Positions 52,201 through 64,000 of a stretch of DNA of 64,000 nt are shown here, one piece after another. The stretch spans positions 434,001 through 498,000 of the forward strand of contig JAAOMT010000034.1 in assembly GCA_016748015.1 (NCBI GenBank), given 5' to 3'. How positions within the stretch are numbered: the first letter of the stretch is position 1; each line of letters begins with the position of its first letter. A model generated the notes under the pieces. The model did not search any database, was not told the origin of the DNA, and saw nothing but the letters and a program-made list of their open reading frames with translations. The translations under genes were made by a program, and so were the position numbers. The stretch is from Geosiphon pyriformis uo1 (Eukaryota > Fungi > Glomeromycota).

Positions 52201-55200
52201 ATATTGAATGCTATTTTGATCAAATCATAATTAAAATGATGTTTTTCAGCTCAAGGAACTTTGAAGACTGATTCTTTCAATCTTTCAAATATCAATGTGA
52301 GCCTAAAGCCCATTAATTTACACCTTGACCTTCGAATAATTGATCGTCTCTCAAGGTATATGAATGTATCCGGGAGCTCCAGCAATTTTACACCATATAA
52401 ACAAGACATCACAAAACCCCCGTATACCGAGCATTCTGCTGGTCAAAATATAATTGACGACTTGGATACCCAGAGGAGTAACCAAGTAAGCCATATTTGT
52501 GTTTAGTCTCACCGTAATAAACTTATTTTTCATATTTTGAGTTAATTACCAAAATCTGATTTGTTAGATCGCTCAGTCTCAAAGATCGTTCACAAAAGTG
52601 TATTGCGAGTTAGTTCGTGTTTGGATAATATGTCCTGATCTGAACACACCTTCACCCGACGATCTTGGGAATCCTTATCGCATTCATTCCGATATTTTAA
52701 TTGTAGATATTCGAAAGATTAATGTGCTGACAGGTGGGGCTCTCAAAACCTCCACCAATCTCTCTCCAGCTCATAGTTATGGGTTGCAAGATTCTGATGA
52801 AAAAATTTCAGTTGATCTTCAGCACAACACATTCAAAATTGAATTTGCATCGACTAGTTTATTTTTGAAACGTGCCAAAGGTAATGATCATTTGAACTTC
52901 AGAACTTAATATTCCCTTTTAACATTATTCTCCCTATTTATCAGAAAATGAGGCTAGATGCTTTGTGTCGATACAAAAGCTGAAATCCTGGGCAACATTT
53001 TACCCTCGCTCATTAGCGCCTATAACAAGTGGTTCGCCTAACGTTGAAGTGACCTATCGGCCCGTGGGCGCGGTGACCAGTCGCCTTTCATTTGTTGGCA
53101 ATGGATCTCATTCTTCACCATTTTCTCAAACCTTTGCCTACTTTGAAGGAGAAGAACGCGTGAATTGGCCAATGGAGAATGAAGAAGAAGAAATTTTAAT
53201 GTTCAAACAACGGACAATAGAGAATTCGGTGAGTCAGCAGCAGGCTGATGTATTTTTGTTGTTCATCTCCTCTCACCTTTGGTTATTGCTTCTCATATCC
53301 AGTCTTCTTGCATATTACCAGCTGTTCGTTTTCAACTGTTATTTTCCTATGACACGTGTACGCATTGCCAAAACATCCTACGATGCTTTACAAATACTAC
53401 TCAATGACCTTGCGCTTTGGCAACCCAAATTTACTACCCCCAACAAAGCAGATCTTGCGACTTTTTCATTACCGAAAAATTCTAATGCGATGAGCTGCGT
53501 GTTTGATGATCCTTCTCAAGGAGATAACTCTAATGAGAATGATTCATACGACGAAGATGACATGGAAATGCGGCGACGAATGGAAGGTGGCTTTATTGAT
53601 GTTCGTGAAGAGAGCATGGTTCCAATGAAACCAAGTTTGGCCTCCGTGGTTGTCCTATTAGCTAACGGTAAACGCTTAAATTTTGAAATTCATTTTACCT
53701 GATAGAATAAGATCTTTCTAACAGCGAAGAAAACGCTGGAATTGTCATATTTTTCTGAATAGCTGAAATCGGCATAATATGTGACCACGAATTAGAGGAG
53801 ATTCACTCTCCCCAATCGGTTCCGCGGTCTTATCAGCTTAATATGTCTGAACTCCGATTTTTTACTGTGATCAAACATCAGGGCAAAGTGTGTGCGAACC
53901 CTAGTTCTCTTTGTTTTGGCAAGATGTATAATTTCCAGCAGCTTCCCATGTCGCTATCATTCTTTATTAAATGCTCTTTCCTCCTAATTTCCAGGATGAC
54001 ACCTATGTATGCTTAGACAATGATGATTTCACTTTATGGGATATATCCAATTCACCGGAAAAATCGCAAATATTATCGCGTACCATTAGTAAGGGAATCA
54101 AGGTGAAATGATCCGCTTATTTTTTATTGTTAGACACCGATTATTTTATATAAATTAAAATTGGCTGCTTCTTGTTCAGACCAAAAATACTCGTCCAATG
54201 ATTTCTATTATCATGCTTACTTCCCTCGAGCCTGATATTGACTTAATTGTCAAGGAGACAAATCTGACGTTATCTATCAATGGGCTAACTTTACGCTACT
54301 CAAAGAATCCCCGTTGGCCTGATGATCTTTTAGAGTTCCTCCAAACTCCTGAAATGGTATTTGTTAACTTTTCGAGATTACTACAATTGAATTTCAAGAC
54401 TCAATATTCAAATTTTTCTCTTAGGTTCCTTATGTAGACTTGCCTAACCAATTCACAAAGCTGATTGTTGTCGTGAATGATTCCTCAATTGACTTGAAGC
54501 CAGACGATATTGATTCACGTGTTGTTGTCGTACTCGACAGTTTAAAGGTGTTTTATTAGGCTGAAGTATCCAATTCCTTTATTATATCAGCCGTATCCAC
54601 TTAATCCTTGAAAAATGTTGTTTAACCTATAGGCCTCGAGTACTATCAATTCCGACTCACCTCTCTTTAAAGCAAAGTTGATCTCTCAGAACATTGATTT
54701 ATTAGTTGTTGACAACATCAAAACACTGAACGAAAGGGTAACTGGCAGATTAAGTAGTAGCCCTATAGACGTCAAGACTTATTGGAAGGTGCATTAATGA
54801 ATATCGCTCTTAATCTACGACTTTTTTGAACTTACTCATCTGTGCCAAAATTCAATTGGATTTTTAGATTGTCGGTTTAGCACATGCTGCGAACGTGGAT
54901 TTTCTTGAAATTTCTCTCATTGCAAATAAAGGAGAAATAATTCCGAAATTTGAAGTTTGTTTTAGTTTCTTATCTCCCAAACCATATATTTTCGGCAATA
55001 TTTTTTTCAATTTTTCACCTTATTCCCAATAATTATGCAGCTTGCTTTGACAAATGAAAAATTAACAGTCGAAACATGTGCGGACTCTTTTCACACGCTG
55101 CTTCATATTCTTAATCATCTGACGTCAAATGATCCTAGCCTCAAGAAAAAGTATATTGTTTAAACAAGAGAGTTCATTAACCTATATTCCGTAGAAAATA

Positions 55201-58156
55201 TTTGTACTGATATATGAAAAAATAATTTATAGAGTCGAGAAAAACCCAAAGAAAACCGTCGCACAAAGCTCACCAAATGAAGATTCTAATGAAGATTCTA
55301 ATGAAGCTGCCGTTCTGGAGATGTTGGGTATATTTCGTTGCATAGTTTTTACTATTGAACATTTGCAAAGTATTTTATTTTAAATATTCTCAATAGCTAG
55401 CATTGACCAAAAGGCTTTCCAAAGTCCCGCCCAGCCGGTGGTAGGTCCAAATATTACAAGAGGGGTAACACAATCAACCTTAAAATTTGTGGAGGAACAT
55501 TACTCTATTGATAGCCAAAATCGTGGTGAAAATCTTGTATCCGACTTTGAGCATACTGTTTTATTCGATGATGACTTGAACGATGGTAAGAGTTTTCGAA
55601 ATTATTATGCTTTCATGTCATCGAACATAGTTTCCGGCTAAATCACCTGGAAATGTAAGACTTCGTGATGGAACAACAGTTGTATACCGTTGCCCCTTCA
55701 CTTGGTATAAGACAGGGATCTGAAGCCTCGATTCCCGCTACTACATCAGATGGTGTTGTCCACACGCTCGATCAGGATCCCCTGAATTTCGTGGAAAACC
55801 ACTTTGCAATCCCTACCTTGAGTGAACTTGAAGAGGTCAAAGAGAAGTACGCATTTTATTTAGTGACTAACCTGAGTAGTATATCGTTACTAAATGGTTT
55901 GAACTTTTATAATTTCACTCCAGATTACCAGAGAGTTTGATTCGTATCCGGATACGAGATTTTAATATTTTATGGAAGCTATACGATGGGTATGACTGGG
56001 AAAATACCAGAGTGAATGTTCTCAACAATTTAGAACAAGCAAAATTTCAAGCAAAACAATCTGCTTCATCCAAACAAACAAAAAACGAATCCGATGCGAG
56101 ACCTTTAACGCCCTTAGACCCAGAGTCCAATAGTTTCATTGATCATTTATATATAGGACCAAATTCCAGGAACTCTAATTATGATAGCTCATCCCAGGTT
56201 CCCTCAGAAATAGATTATAATGGGGAGGATCAGGGTGACCTTGCTAGTTTGACAAGTTCGCCAATAGAATCTCCTAATGTTCATGATGGAAGTCGTCCTG
56301 AACAGCTTCCTCGTCCTCGACCGAAATTAATTCGTTCACGATCCAGTAAACTGGACATAAAGCTGGAAAAACTAAACTTAGAGTTCGATTTATTCCCTGA
56401 AGGACAATTGGCTTCTCGGTTGCTCCTTTTGATACGAAACATTGAAATACTCGATAATATCAAGACCTCTGCTTGGCGTAAGTTTTTATCTCACATGCGA
56501 CCGGAAAATGATTCAAATCCACGGGAGACTAAGTCTAATATGGTTCGAGTCGAACTACATAGCGTGCGGCCAATTCCGTTAGATCCTTCTGAAGAATTAC
56601 GACTCAAGGTTCATATAAGCTATCTTATTGATAAAAATCTTGATTTCTACTTTTATTCGGCCCAACTTCAAATAAATTTATTTCCAGGCTAGGCTATTAC
56701 CATTACGGTTTTACATTGATCAAGATGCTCTAAACTTTATCATTCGGTTCTTCTCGTTTCAAGATACTTCTAAATTACCCACATCAACAACACAAGACGA
56801 AGTTTATATACGTAAGCTTTAAATGCAATAACCATGACTTTTATTTGGAAGCTTCATTGATTTTTCTTATTTATAAACAGAATATTGCGAAATACAGCCC
56901 ATTGTAATGAAAATAGATTACAAACCAAAGCATATTGACTATACAAGTTTGAAAGAAGGGAATTTGGTAGAACTAATGAACTTTTTTCACTTTGACGGTG
57001 CCGATATGACTTTACGGAATGTAAAATTACGAGGTGTATGTAAATTCAAGTTATTAACCATGAAAGTTATTATTAAGCACGATAAATTAATAGTGTTTCC
57101 ACAACTCTTAATATCAGGTCAAAGGTTGGCAGCGGCTTTTAGAAGAACTAGGAGCGGCTTGGTTGCCGCACATTAAAAGTACTCAGGTCCCCAATGTAGT
57201 GTCTGGCGTTGCTCCCATTCGTTCTCTTGTCAATATTGGATCAGGTGTCGCTGATTTAATTCTGCTTCCAATTGAACAGTATAAGAAAGATGGAAGAATA
57301 ATTAGAGGTACTTAATTGGAATCCGTAAGAAGCAAATAATATGTTTATATTGCAGTAGCTTTTAACTCAATTTTGATTATTTTATTACTAATAAATAAGG
57401 TTTGCAAAAAGGGACACAGTCATTTGCAAAAGCCACAACAATGGAGGCAATTAAATTCGGGACGAAATTAGCAGTTGGGACTCAAATTTTGCTAGAGCAC
57501 GCAGACCAGATCCTTTCTTTCGAAACAGAGGGACAAACAAGTAATAGTAGTAGTACTAGTGGTGGTGGTAGTAATAGTAGTAATAGCAATAGTAAAAACC
57601 GGAATGTTGGTAGTACTAGCTACAATGTATCTGGACTTTCTAGGGCTGAATTTGCAGAGGATGGAGATAGTGACGATGACAAAAAAATAAAAGAATTCAT
57701 CAGCAAGTATGCAGACCAACCAGCGGATTTGAACGAAGGTAATATATTGAGCCACCCACAGGAAATCTGTTATCCCATTAACAATGATCAGATTTTAACT
57801 TTATCATGTATATTGTCAAAATATAGGCATCGAAGAAGCATACAAAAGTTTACGGCAAAATTTCGGTTCAGCAGCACATACCATATTTGCAGTACCTATG
57901 GAGGTATACGAAAAGGCTGGTGCACAAGGTTCAGTAAAGGCTGTTATTCGTGCTGTACCTGTTGCTGCTCTGAAACCAATGATTGGGGCTTCCGAGGCTG
58001 TTTCTAAAGCATTGCTTGGGTTGCGTAATACGATTGACCCTAACAAGAAATTGCAGATGGAAGATGTAAGTTTTAAAGTTTTCAGTTTTGATGAAAAAAA
58101 TTAGTTGCGGGGAACTTATTCTTTTCTTTTTTCACCAGAAATATAAAAAGCGATAA
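49237..58156 (+). CDS. ATG2: autophagy-related lipid transfer protein Atg2, multi-exon
   Basis: Chorein-N (IQKRLLKFLLKKAIGQFL...L.LN, PWKNIW), ETCADSF, WKLYDGYDW, EILDNIKTSAWRKFLS, RLLPLRFYIDQDAL and KIDYKPK. C-terminal AVPVAALKPMIGASEAVSKALLGLRNTIDP...EDKYK. Confidence 0.96.
49887..49913. repeat. (CT)n microsatellite forming the polypyrimidine tract of ATG2 intron 2
   Basis: Read directly; lies just upstream of the tgcag acceptor at ~49927. Confidence 0.85.
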
Positions 58157-58473
58157 AGAATCTAGGATTGAAACCAGGATCTGACCAAGTAGGTGTATTA
58201 TATTCATGCAAATTCCATTTAATCTTGTACTGTGTCGGAAGTTAGGACATTAAGCAGTTGTACTATATATTCATAAATATCGTTGATATTACATCATGAT
58301 AAAGACAGAGTTTCAAGTTGTAATTATTACCCGTAGTTATGTTGATCACAATAATGAATTGGTATCCGGAAACTATTTTACACATTTTTTATAAATACGA
58401 TTGTTCGAAGACAAATATTTGATTTGGAGTTCCTATTCAAAGGCAATAAGAAAGTCGTGCAATTATCAGAATC

Positions 58474-61374
58474 CTAAGAATAGTCACCCGATTGAAATTT
58501 TTTAAGATCAAATAAGGATGCTCTAATGCGACGCCCACCAAACCAACGGCCATCTAGTTTTTCTTTAGCCTTTTCAGCTCCTGCCCCAATGGAAGGGAAT
58601 TAAAATTTAAATGAATTAAAGTCAGCAAGCTTTGAAAGTATTGGCAAGGAATATCAAATTCTTTTTTCACCTGATCCATCCACGAATTGAACGAAGATCT
58701 TAACAAGTCCGCGCTCGCCTTCAAATACCTCTTCAGGATCTGTATGGACAAACACACTCGCTACCTTTCCAAAATTACTGCACTCATCTTGAAATTCTTC
58801 CTCGAGTGAATCATCAACGTCTGCAGGCGCCACTGCATTGCGTATTAAAACAACAGGGGACAACTATAAATTTTATGCAAATTATTAAAATTTGAAGAGC
58901 AAAGTGCCAACATACTTTGTATTCATGTTTACCTCTTGCCTTGCCAACTTTTGCATTATGGCATAACGCTGACTAGCACTTATGCTCATGTTTTCTTCTT
59001 GTGCCACGGATTCTACAGCAGCTTGACCTCTGGCTGCTAAATCTGCTGCAATTTTGGCCGCTGCATTTTGAGCTTTAGCCGCTGCCGCTTTAGAATAGTA
59101 TTAAGGAAAAGGGTTGAAAAATGTAAGGAGTTTTAAAGCTTCTGATAAAGTAAAAATTGAAATAAAAACCTGCAGCTGATACCGAAGGTGATGATGGAAC
59201 GGTAATTGGGGTAGGATTTGCACCTGGTGGGAGTGGCGGCAATTTTTCAATAGCTTTCATACCTTCACTAAGTGGTCCTCCAATAACCGCTTTTCCGACG
59301 TGCAAAATCAATCCACCCAATTCAAAATTATTCATAGATATGACAGCCGTACTCGCAGCCAATTCATCATCAAATTCGATAAACCTAATTTGTATAAACA
59401 AAAAATACAAAAAGATTTAGTTAAGCAGATTATATACATTAGCTGTAAAAATTTTCTAGCGTCTCAAGGATAAATGCGTTGCTAGCAGATGCTGTCGGCG
59501 GAGAGTTTCGTATCCAAGATCAGAGATGCGAACACTGCCACTTTGGGCCGTCCTCGCGGATATGGCCATTCTTATTGAACGTATTGGGGATAATTACTGA
59601 AAAAAGTTGCCTGGCGTCCAATATTTCTGCATTTTGATGGTATTGGTGTATATGTAGAGAGATAGAGAAATAAAAAGGCAAGGGAGTAAAATGCGATATA
59701 TAATAATAAACACATATTATGGTGGAGTGCATAGAGTGCATAGACGAAATATGAAGTGAGTGCTCAATGTCCCACAACCACAATATCCAGATTTGCAAAA
59801 AGAAGCTGCTCGATAAATTTGGGACTAAAATCAGAAATTTCTCGACTGATTATGTTCAAGCTTCTGCAGTTGGCTAAAGAATCTTGGGTGGTAAATGTCT
59901 TTTGAATTGGGGTTTTAATGAAAGGAAAATCGCGGGAAGTAATGGGATAGGAAAGCAACAATGTAACGGTTGAAAGGATCGAAGCAAAAAAAGTTCTGCG
60001 CTAAGAATAAGGCTCTTTCTGCGTAGGAATATCCACGGTGACCTGACCGTTGAATATATGGAATGTATCATCAGAATCAAAAAAACAATGGCACTCACCC
60101 ATATCCTTTATGCTTCCTTGTTATAAGATCAGGCTGTAGATACAAAGCTTTTTGTTTTAAAAGGATAGTTATATTTATAATTCAAAAAATTGATATAGAT
60201 ATAATACCATTAAAATGCATTGGATAATTTTTCCAAAAGACTCAAATATGCTCAATAGATTATCTTCGCTCACATATTCATTGACATTTGACACATATAT
60301 TCGGGTCTTGGGAGGGGGTAAAAGTCCTGTTTTGGTTCCTTTAGTAGCAAAATCTTGCCGGGCTGAAAGCAATAAAAGATACCAAGAAACCATATATTGA
60401 TACTAACCAGCAGCGGTTGCAGCAGTATAATTGTTTGGTCTTCCAACTTTTAGTTGCCTAAATTATTAATAAATTCACAGTTTAGTTGAAGGTGGTTGTG
60501 CAAATGAAATTTTCAAAGATTAAAATTAAGACTACCTTCCCCCTAACTCTGCACCATTCATCGAATCTAAAGCAAGAGATGCTCCTTCTGGCGTCTCGAA
60601 TTCAATAAAGCAGAAGCCTTTATGCTTGCCAGTAATCGGATCTAGAGACATACTAACGCTTTTTATAGCACCGAACTGACCAAAGACTACTCTAAGATGC
60701 TGTTCAGTCAATTCAAAATTGATTGAGCCAACGTAAATGCGTGACAATACAGATAAAGAACGAGGATCAATTCCAGATGCTAGGCCAGGGTTTGATGAAA
60801 GAAGGATAGAAGGTATGGGAGGGGGTGTGTTGTTCTTTCCTGATGTTTTTAATAGCTTTGAAAAAGAATTAATTGGTTAAGCGTGAATGGATGAAAATTA
60901 ATCAAATCAAATCGAGTAACTTACTACAGCTTGCATGTCGCGAGCGAAGCTTTTAGCTTTTTCCAAAGCCGCCTTCTGATCATCATCCAAGTGCAAAGCC
61001 GGCATTTTATCTAACCAAGAAGGTTTACTGAAACCCAAAGAGTGAGTATAAGTGGGCAAAGGATTCGTAAGCACTGGAAGAGTTATTGAAGTGGGGAGAG
61101 TTGGTATGATTGACATGTTCGTTATAAGAATTGAAGCAGCTGAAAAACTAGGAGTGAAAGAGATGGAATATGGAAAGCCACCCTCAAGTCTAGCCCTCTT
61201 TGTATCATCAAAAGAACGGGAACTCTCTTCGTTATCATGCACGCGTTTCTTGGCTTCTGCTGCCATCTTTTCTAGTTTCACGGATAAATACTCTGTTTCG
61301 GATAAAACGGTATCAGACATTGCCTCTGGTGAAATCTCCATAGGTTCGGTCTTAAGTTGAGTCGTTTCGGCCAT
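58474..61374 (-). CDS. PUF60: poly(U)-binding splicing factor PUF60/half-pint homologue (RRM1, RRM2, C-terminal UHM), multi-exon
   Basis: RIYVGSINFEL...KHKGFCFIEFE...GGRQLKVGRP; RIYVSNV...KHKGYGFIEF...MNNFELGG; ISASQRYAIMQKLAR; UHM with ECSNFGKV, VKIFVQF, LDGRWFGGR. Confidence 0.93.
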
Positions 61375-61653
61375 TGCACCTTTAGCACCAAGTGTGATGT
61401 TTTTAAGAGCACACTAAAACTTTTTGGGTTTTCAACAATAGATGCCCATATAAAGTCGTGATCCAAAATTGGATGTCGATACATCTCCACAAATAGCCTA
61501 AAATGGTTTAGCTCCTAACTCACTAGACTGATTTAAGCTAAGAAACTTGGGAAAGTTTTAAAAATCATTCTCCACCTGAGCTATTTTGCCACCAGCGTTT
61601 TCTTGTCTGTCCTTTGCCAAAGTCTTTATTTAAATGCGAGCAATTAAGGCAAT

Positions 61654-63060
61654 ATGAGTTTAAATCTTCAGGAGTTGTCCAAAAAATTTCAAAAGGTTGA
61701 TTCACATTTTAAAGAACTGCCACATATTCTTGGTTTAGACCCAACTGGGACGCAGGCTCTACAGGTTTCAAGCCTAAAATTGGATGTTCACCCTAATTTA
61801 ATCGGACTTATGGGAGAGATCTAAAATAAAAAACATTTCCTATCTTTTTAGCTTTACGCTTTGCGAAAACAAGCCATAAAGGGAAACTGCCAAAATGTCG
61901 TCATTGACTCAATCGACCAAAAAAAAAGAGAAAAAAGGTACCATAGGCAACCATTCACTCACCAATCCATAATTCAAACATTACTTACATTTAGGGAAGC
62001 GTGGAAAAAATTATGGGGAACGTCGCAGGATGAAGCCAAAGTCCAATATCTCCATTTAGGTCTTAAGGTTATTAAAGTAATCCCGTCTATTAATTGCGAG
62101 AAGCTAACGTTTACTGACTTTTTGAGATGTTCTAGTTACTCGAGACAAACAAAAATAACCCAAAAGTGAGAAAAGTTATCTCAGAATTGCAAAGTACGCT
62201 TTTTGCTATATTTTCCCAAATTAAGCTACTCGATTTATTTCTAATAGAATTATTATTCTAGACGCCAACGAGGACTTTTCAGACGGGGATTCACCTACAA
62301 TCGAAGTATCGAGTGAATCGGTTGAATCCTTGTCTTCACCTTCTTGGCAACAATTACCATCTTCACAAGATCATACATACATTGAATTGGCGCCCTCGCC
62401 CATGAATTCCTCTTCTATACCTCCGCTGCAACTTGATCATCCATCAGGTGGCATAGCTTCAAGTAGAAATTCATTTATCGCCGAAGGCACTAAGCAGACT
62501 AGTTACAGTTCATCCTCATCGGATGAATTTGAGGAGGCTAGTAATGACACACCACACATGGAGACATCCTCACAAACATTAATTTCACTAAAGGACGAAT
62601 TAATGTTTGATTCACGTATTACAACAATTGAAAAAACGTTAGAGAGGCTACAAGGAACACCAATTTATAATAGAAGAATTTCCGAAATTGAAAAAGCTTT
62701 GGAAAAATTGCAAGCCGAGGTGTCTGCCTCACATGAAAGGATAGAAGCATTTAGAAGAGATTTGATCGAAAACGAAAAAAAAAAACAAGTGGCAAAAAAG
62801 ACTTGGATCTGGCTAATAAGGGTTAGAATTGATGATTTCTCAATAATACATAATTGGCAAAACAATACATTTTATATTGAAAATTCAATTATTAGATAAT
62901 AGCAAAGCACGCTATAATAAATGGAATTTTGATTTTGATCGTTTTTATGATCTTTGCGAGGGGAACTCCCATTGTGACACATGTGGTAGGTCGCTCCCGT
63001 ATGCAGCAGATTTGGAACTATACAAAAAGGTTATTGATTGACTGGAAGTACAACGCGTGA
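61654..63060 (+). CDS. acyl-CoA-binding-domain protein with coiled coil and C-terminal TM segment (ACBD5/Atg37-like architecture)
   Basis: Spliced exons give LYALRKQAIKGN...KREAWKKL.G.SQDEAKVQY (ACB fold), a Ser-rich linker, a coiled coil and hydrophobic AIINGILILIVFMIFA. Confidence 0.75.
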
Positions 63061-63261
63061 AAGCGGAGGATAAGAATCAAAGGACTTCATCAGGTTTTAT
63101 TATACGACGTTTGTAATAATCTGGCATATTTTCTTTGAAATTTATTTGAGAACGATCTTGAATCGCAAAATATTGTCATTCTATATGGGTACAAGTTTGA
63201 CATTGTTTTAATAGCCGTAAAAATGATAATACAACGTTGTTGCTTCCCGTGGAAGACTCTT

Positions 63262-64000
63262 TTACTGATGATAAACCACTGTCCAAGTTTTTAAAGTTGC
63301 ATCTTGACCAACAGAAGAAATAGTATTATTGTTAAGGAAAGTAACTCCTGTTACGGCGACTTGATGTGCTCCTAACGGATTTCAAATAATAATGTAAGAA
63401 AAAACTCAATAGGACTATATTCAACCAAGAAATTTGCGGACCACATGGAGTTATCATATTCGTGATAAAGCCAAATGGTCCTGAAAAGGTCAAGAGCCCA
63501 TAAATCCCCCAAACTAATTCACAGTTGGTTAGGATTACGACTTTGAGCGGGGACAGCCTTAGAATCCACCAAGTAATCCTTACCCATTGCCTTTAGGTGA
63601 AAATGTTAAGGTTAATTCAAATGGCTGTCTTCGCCCTTTGACCCTTTTGCGAGTATAAGACCACGTGTGAAGTAAATGATTCACCAACACAGACAATCCC
63701 ATATGGGGTCGCCAAACTTTGATGGCAACAAAAGACGATATCGAAAAAAGGGGCACTCGAGCCTGTTTGTCCCAAAGTCAATCGAATTGTCATTACCCAA
63801 GAAAGTTTAGGTTACCCAGGGATTACCATTCGAGAGCCATAGTATCTGGGTTGGTGGTGAATAATGTCTTCAGACATACAAGAATTGATTAGAATAAAAT
63901 TCACACCCTTTATAGCAATATTCTTGGTTGGTTTCTCGACACTCCAAACGTAAATGTTTGTATCCAATGATCCACTTGCAGCGTGAAGACCATCATGGGA
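63262..64000 (-). CDS. AIP1: 3' end of actin-interacting protein 1 (WDR1/Aip1), WD40; continues beyond window
   Basis: HAASGSLDTNIYVWSVEKPTKNIAIK|GAHQVAVTGVTFLNNNTISSVGQDATLKTW joined across GT-AG intron 63372-63906. Confidence 0.88.
63432..63879 (+). ncRNA. candidate large structured RNA with box H/ACA-like layout, antisense within the AIP1 intron
   Basis: Closed 5' domain 63432-63654, ANANNA (ATAAGA) at 63655-63660, closed 3' domain 63668-63872, ACA at 63874-63876. Many internal stems. Family not recognised. Confidence 0.35.

Noticed and set aside
63605-63615. TTAACCTTAAC (minus) as a telomerase template
   Set aside because: It would encode TTAAGG rather than TTAGGG and is on the opposite strand from the H/ACA-like boxes. 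Revisit only if this genome's telomeres are TTAAGG.
63405-63850. Group I intron-like R and S words on the minus strand (CAGATACTAT, GAATATAGTCC)
   Set aside because: P7 would be mismatched at the G-binding pair, P/Q elements are not found in order, and the intron has normal GT-AG ends.
36572-64000. Functional gene cluster (cytoskeleton DCTN1/SPA2/AIP1; autophagy ATG2/ACBD5-like)
   Set aside because: Ordinary housekeeping neighbours in mixed orientation; no sequence evidence of co-regulation.

Overview
This is eukaryotic, AT-rich, intron-dense fungal DNA. It is most likely Glomeromycotina, because the retroelement proteins resemble ones I associate with Geosiphon/AM fungi (recognition, not a search result). 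The window has two compartments. (1) 1-36.3 kb is a nest of decayed transposons. A dUTPase-bearing Ty3/gypsy element (A) sits in the 3' UTR of an old LINE. A full-length copy of the same family (B, 4205-17964) sits inside A, and an internally deleted gypsy of a second family (C) sits inside B. There are also three solo LTRs, a hAT remnant with TIRs and an 8-bp TSD, a near-intact 6.8-kb APE-RT-RNase H LINE and further LINE 3' fragments. Nearly all damage is C>T/G>A transitions. (2) 36.5-64 kb is a compact gene block: dynactin p150, Spa2/GIT-like, ATG2, PUF60, an ACBD5/Atg37-like protein and the 3' end of AIP1/WDR1. Best leads: four of five resolvable LTR insertions have 4-bp TSDs that reconstruct to N-C-G-N, suggesting CpG-directed integration by elements with no chromodomain. 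These elements carry an unexplained Cys-rich domain and an extra ORF3 shared by two families. A ~25-nt G-U-compatible duplex would mask the 5' splice site of an oversized PUF60 intron. A ~450-nt structured, H/ACA-shaped RNA candidate lies antisense within the last AIP1 intron.
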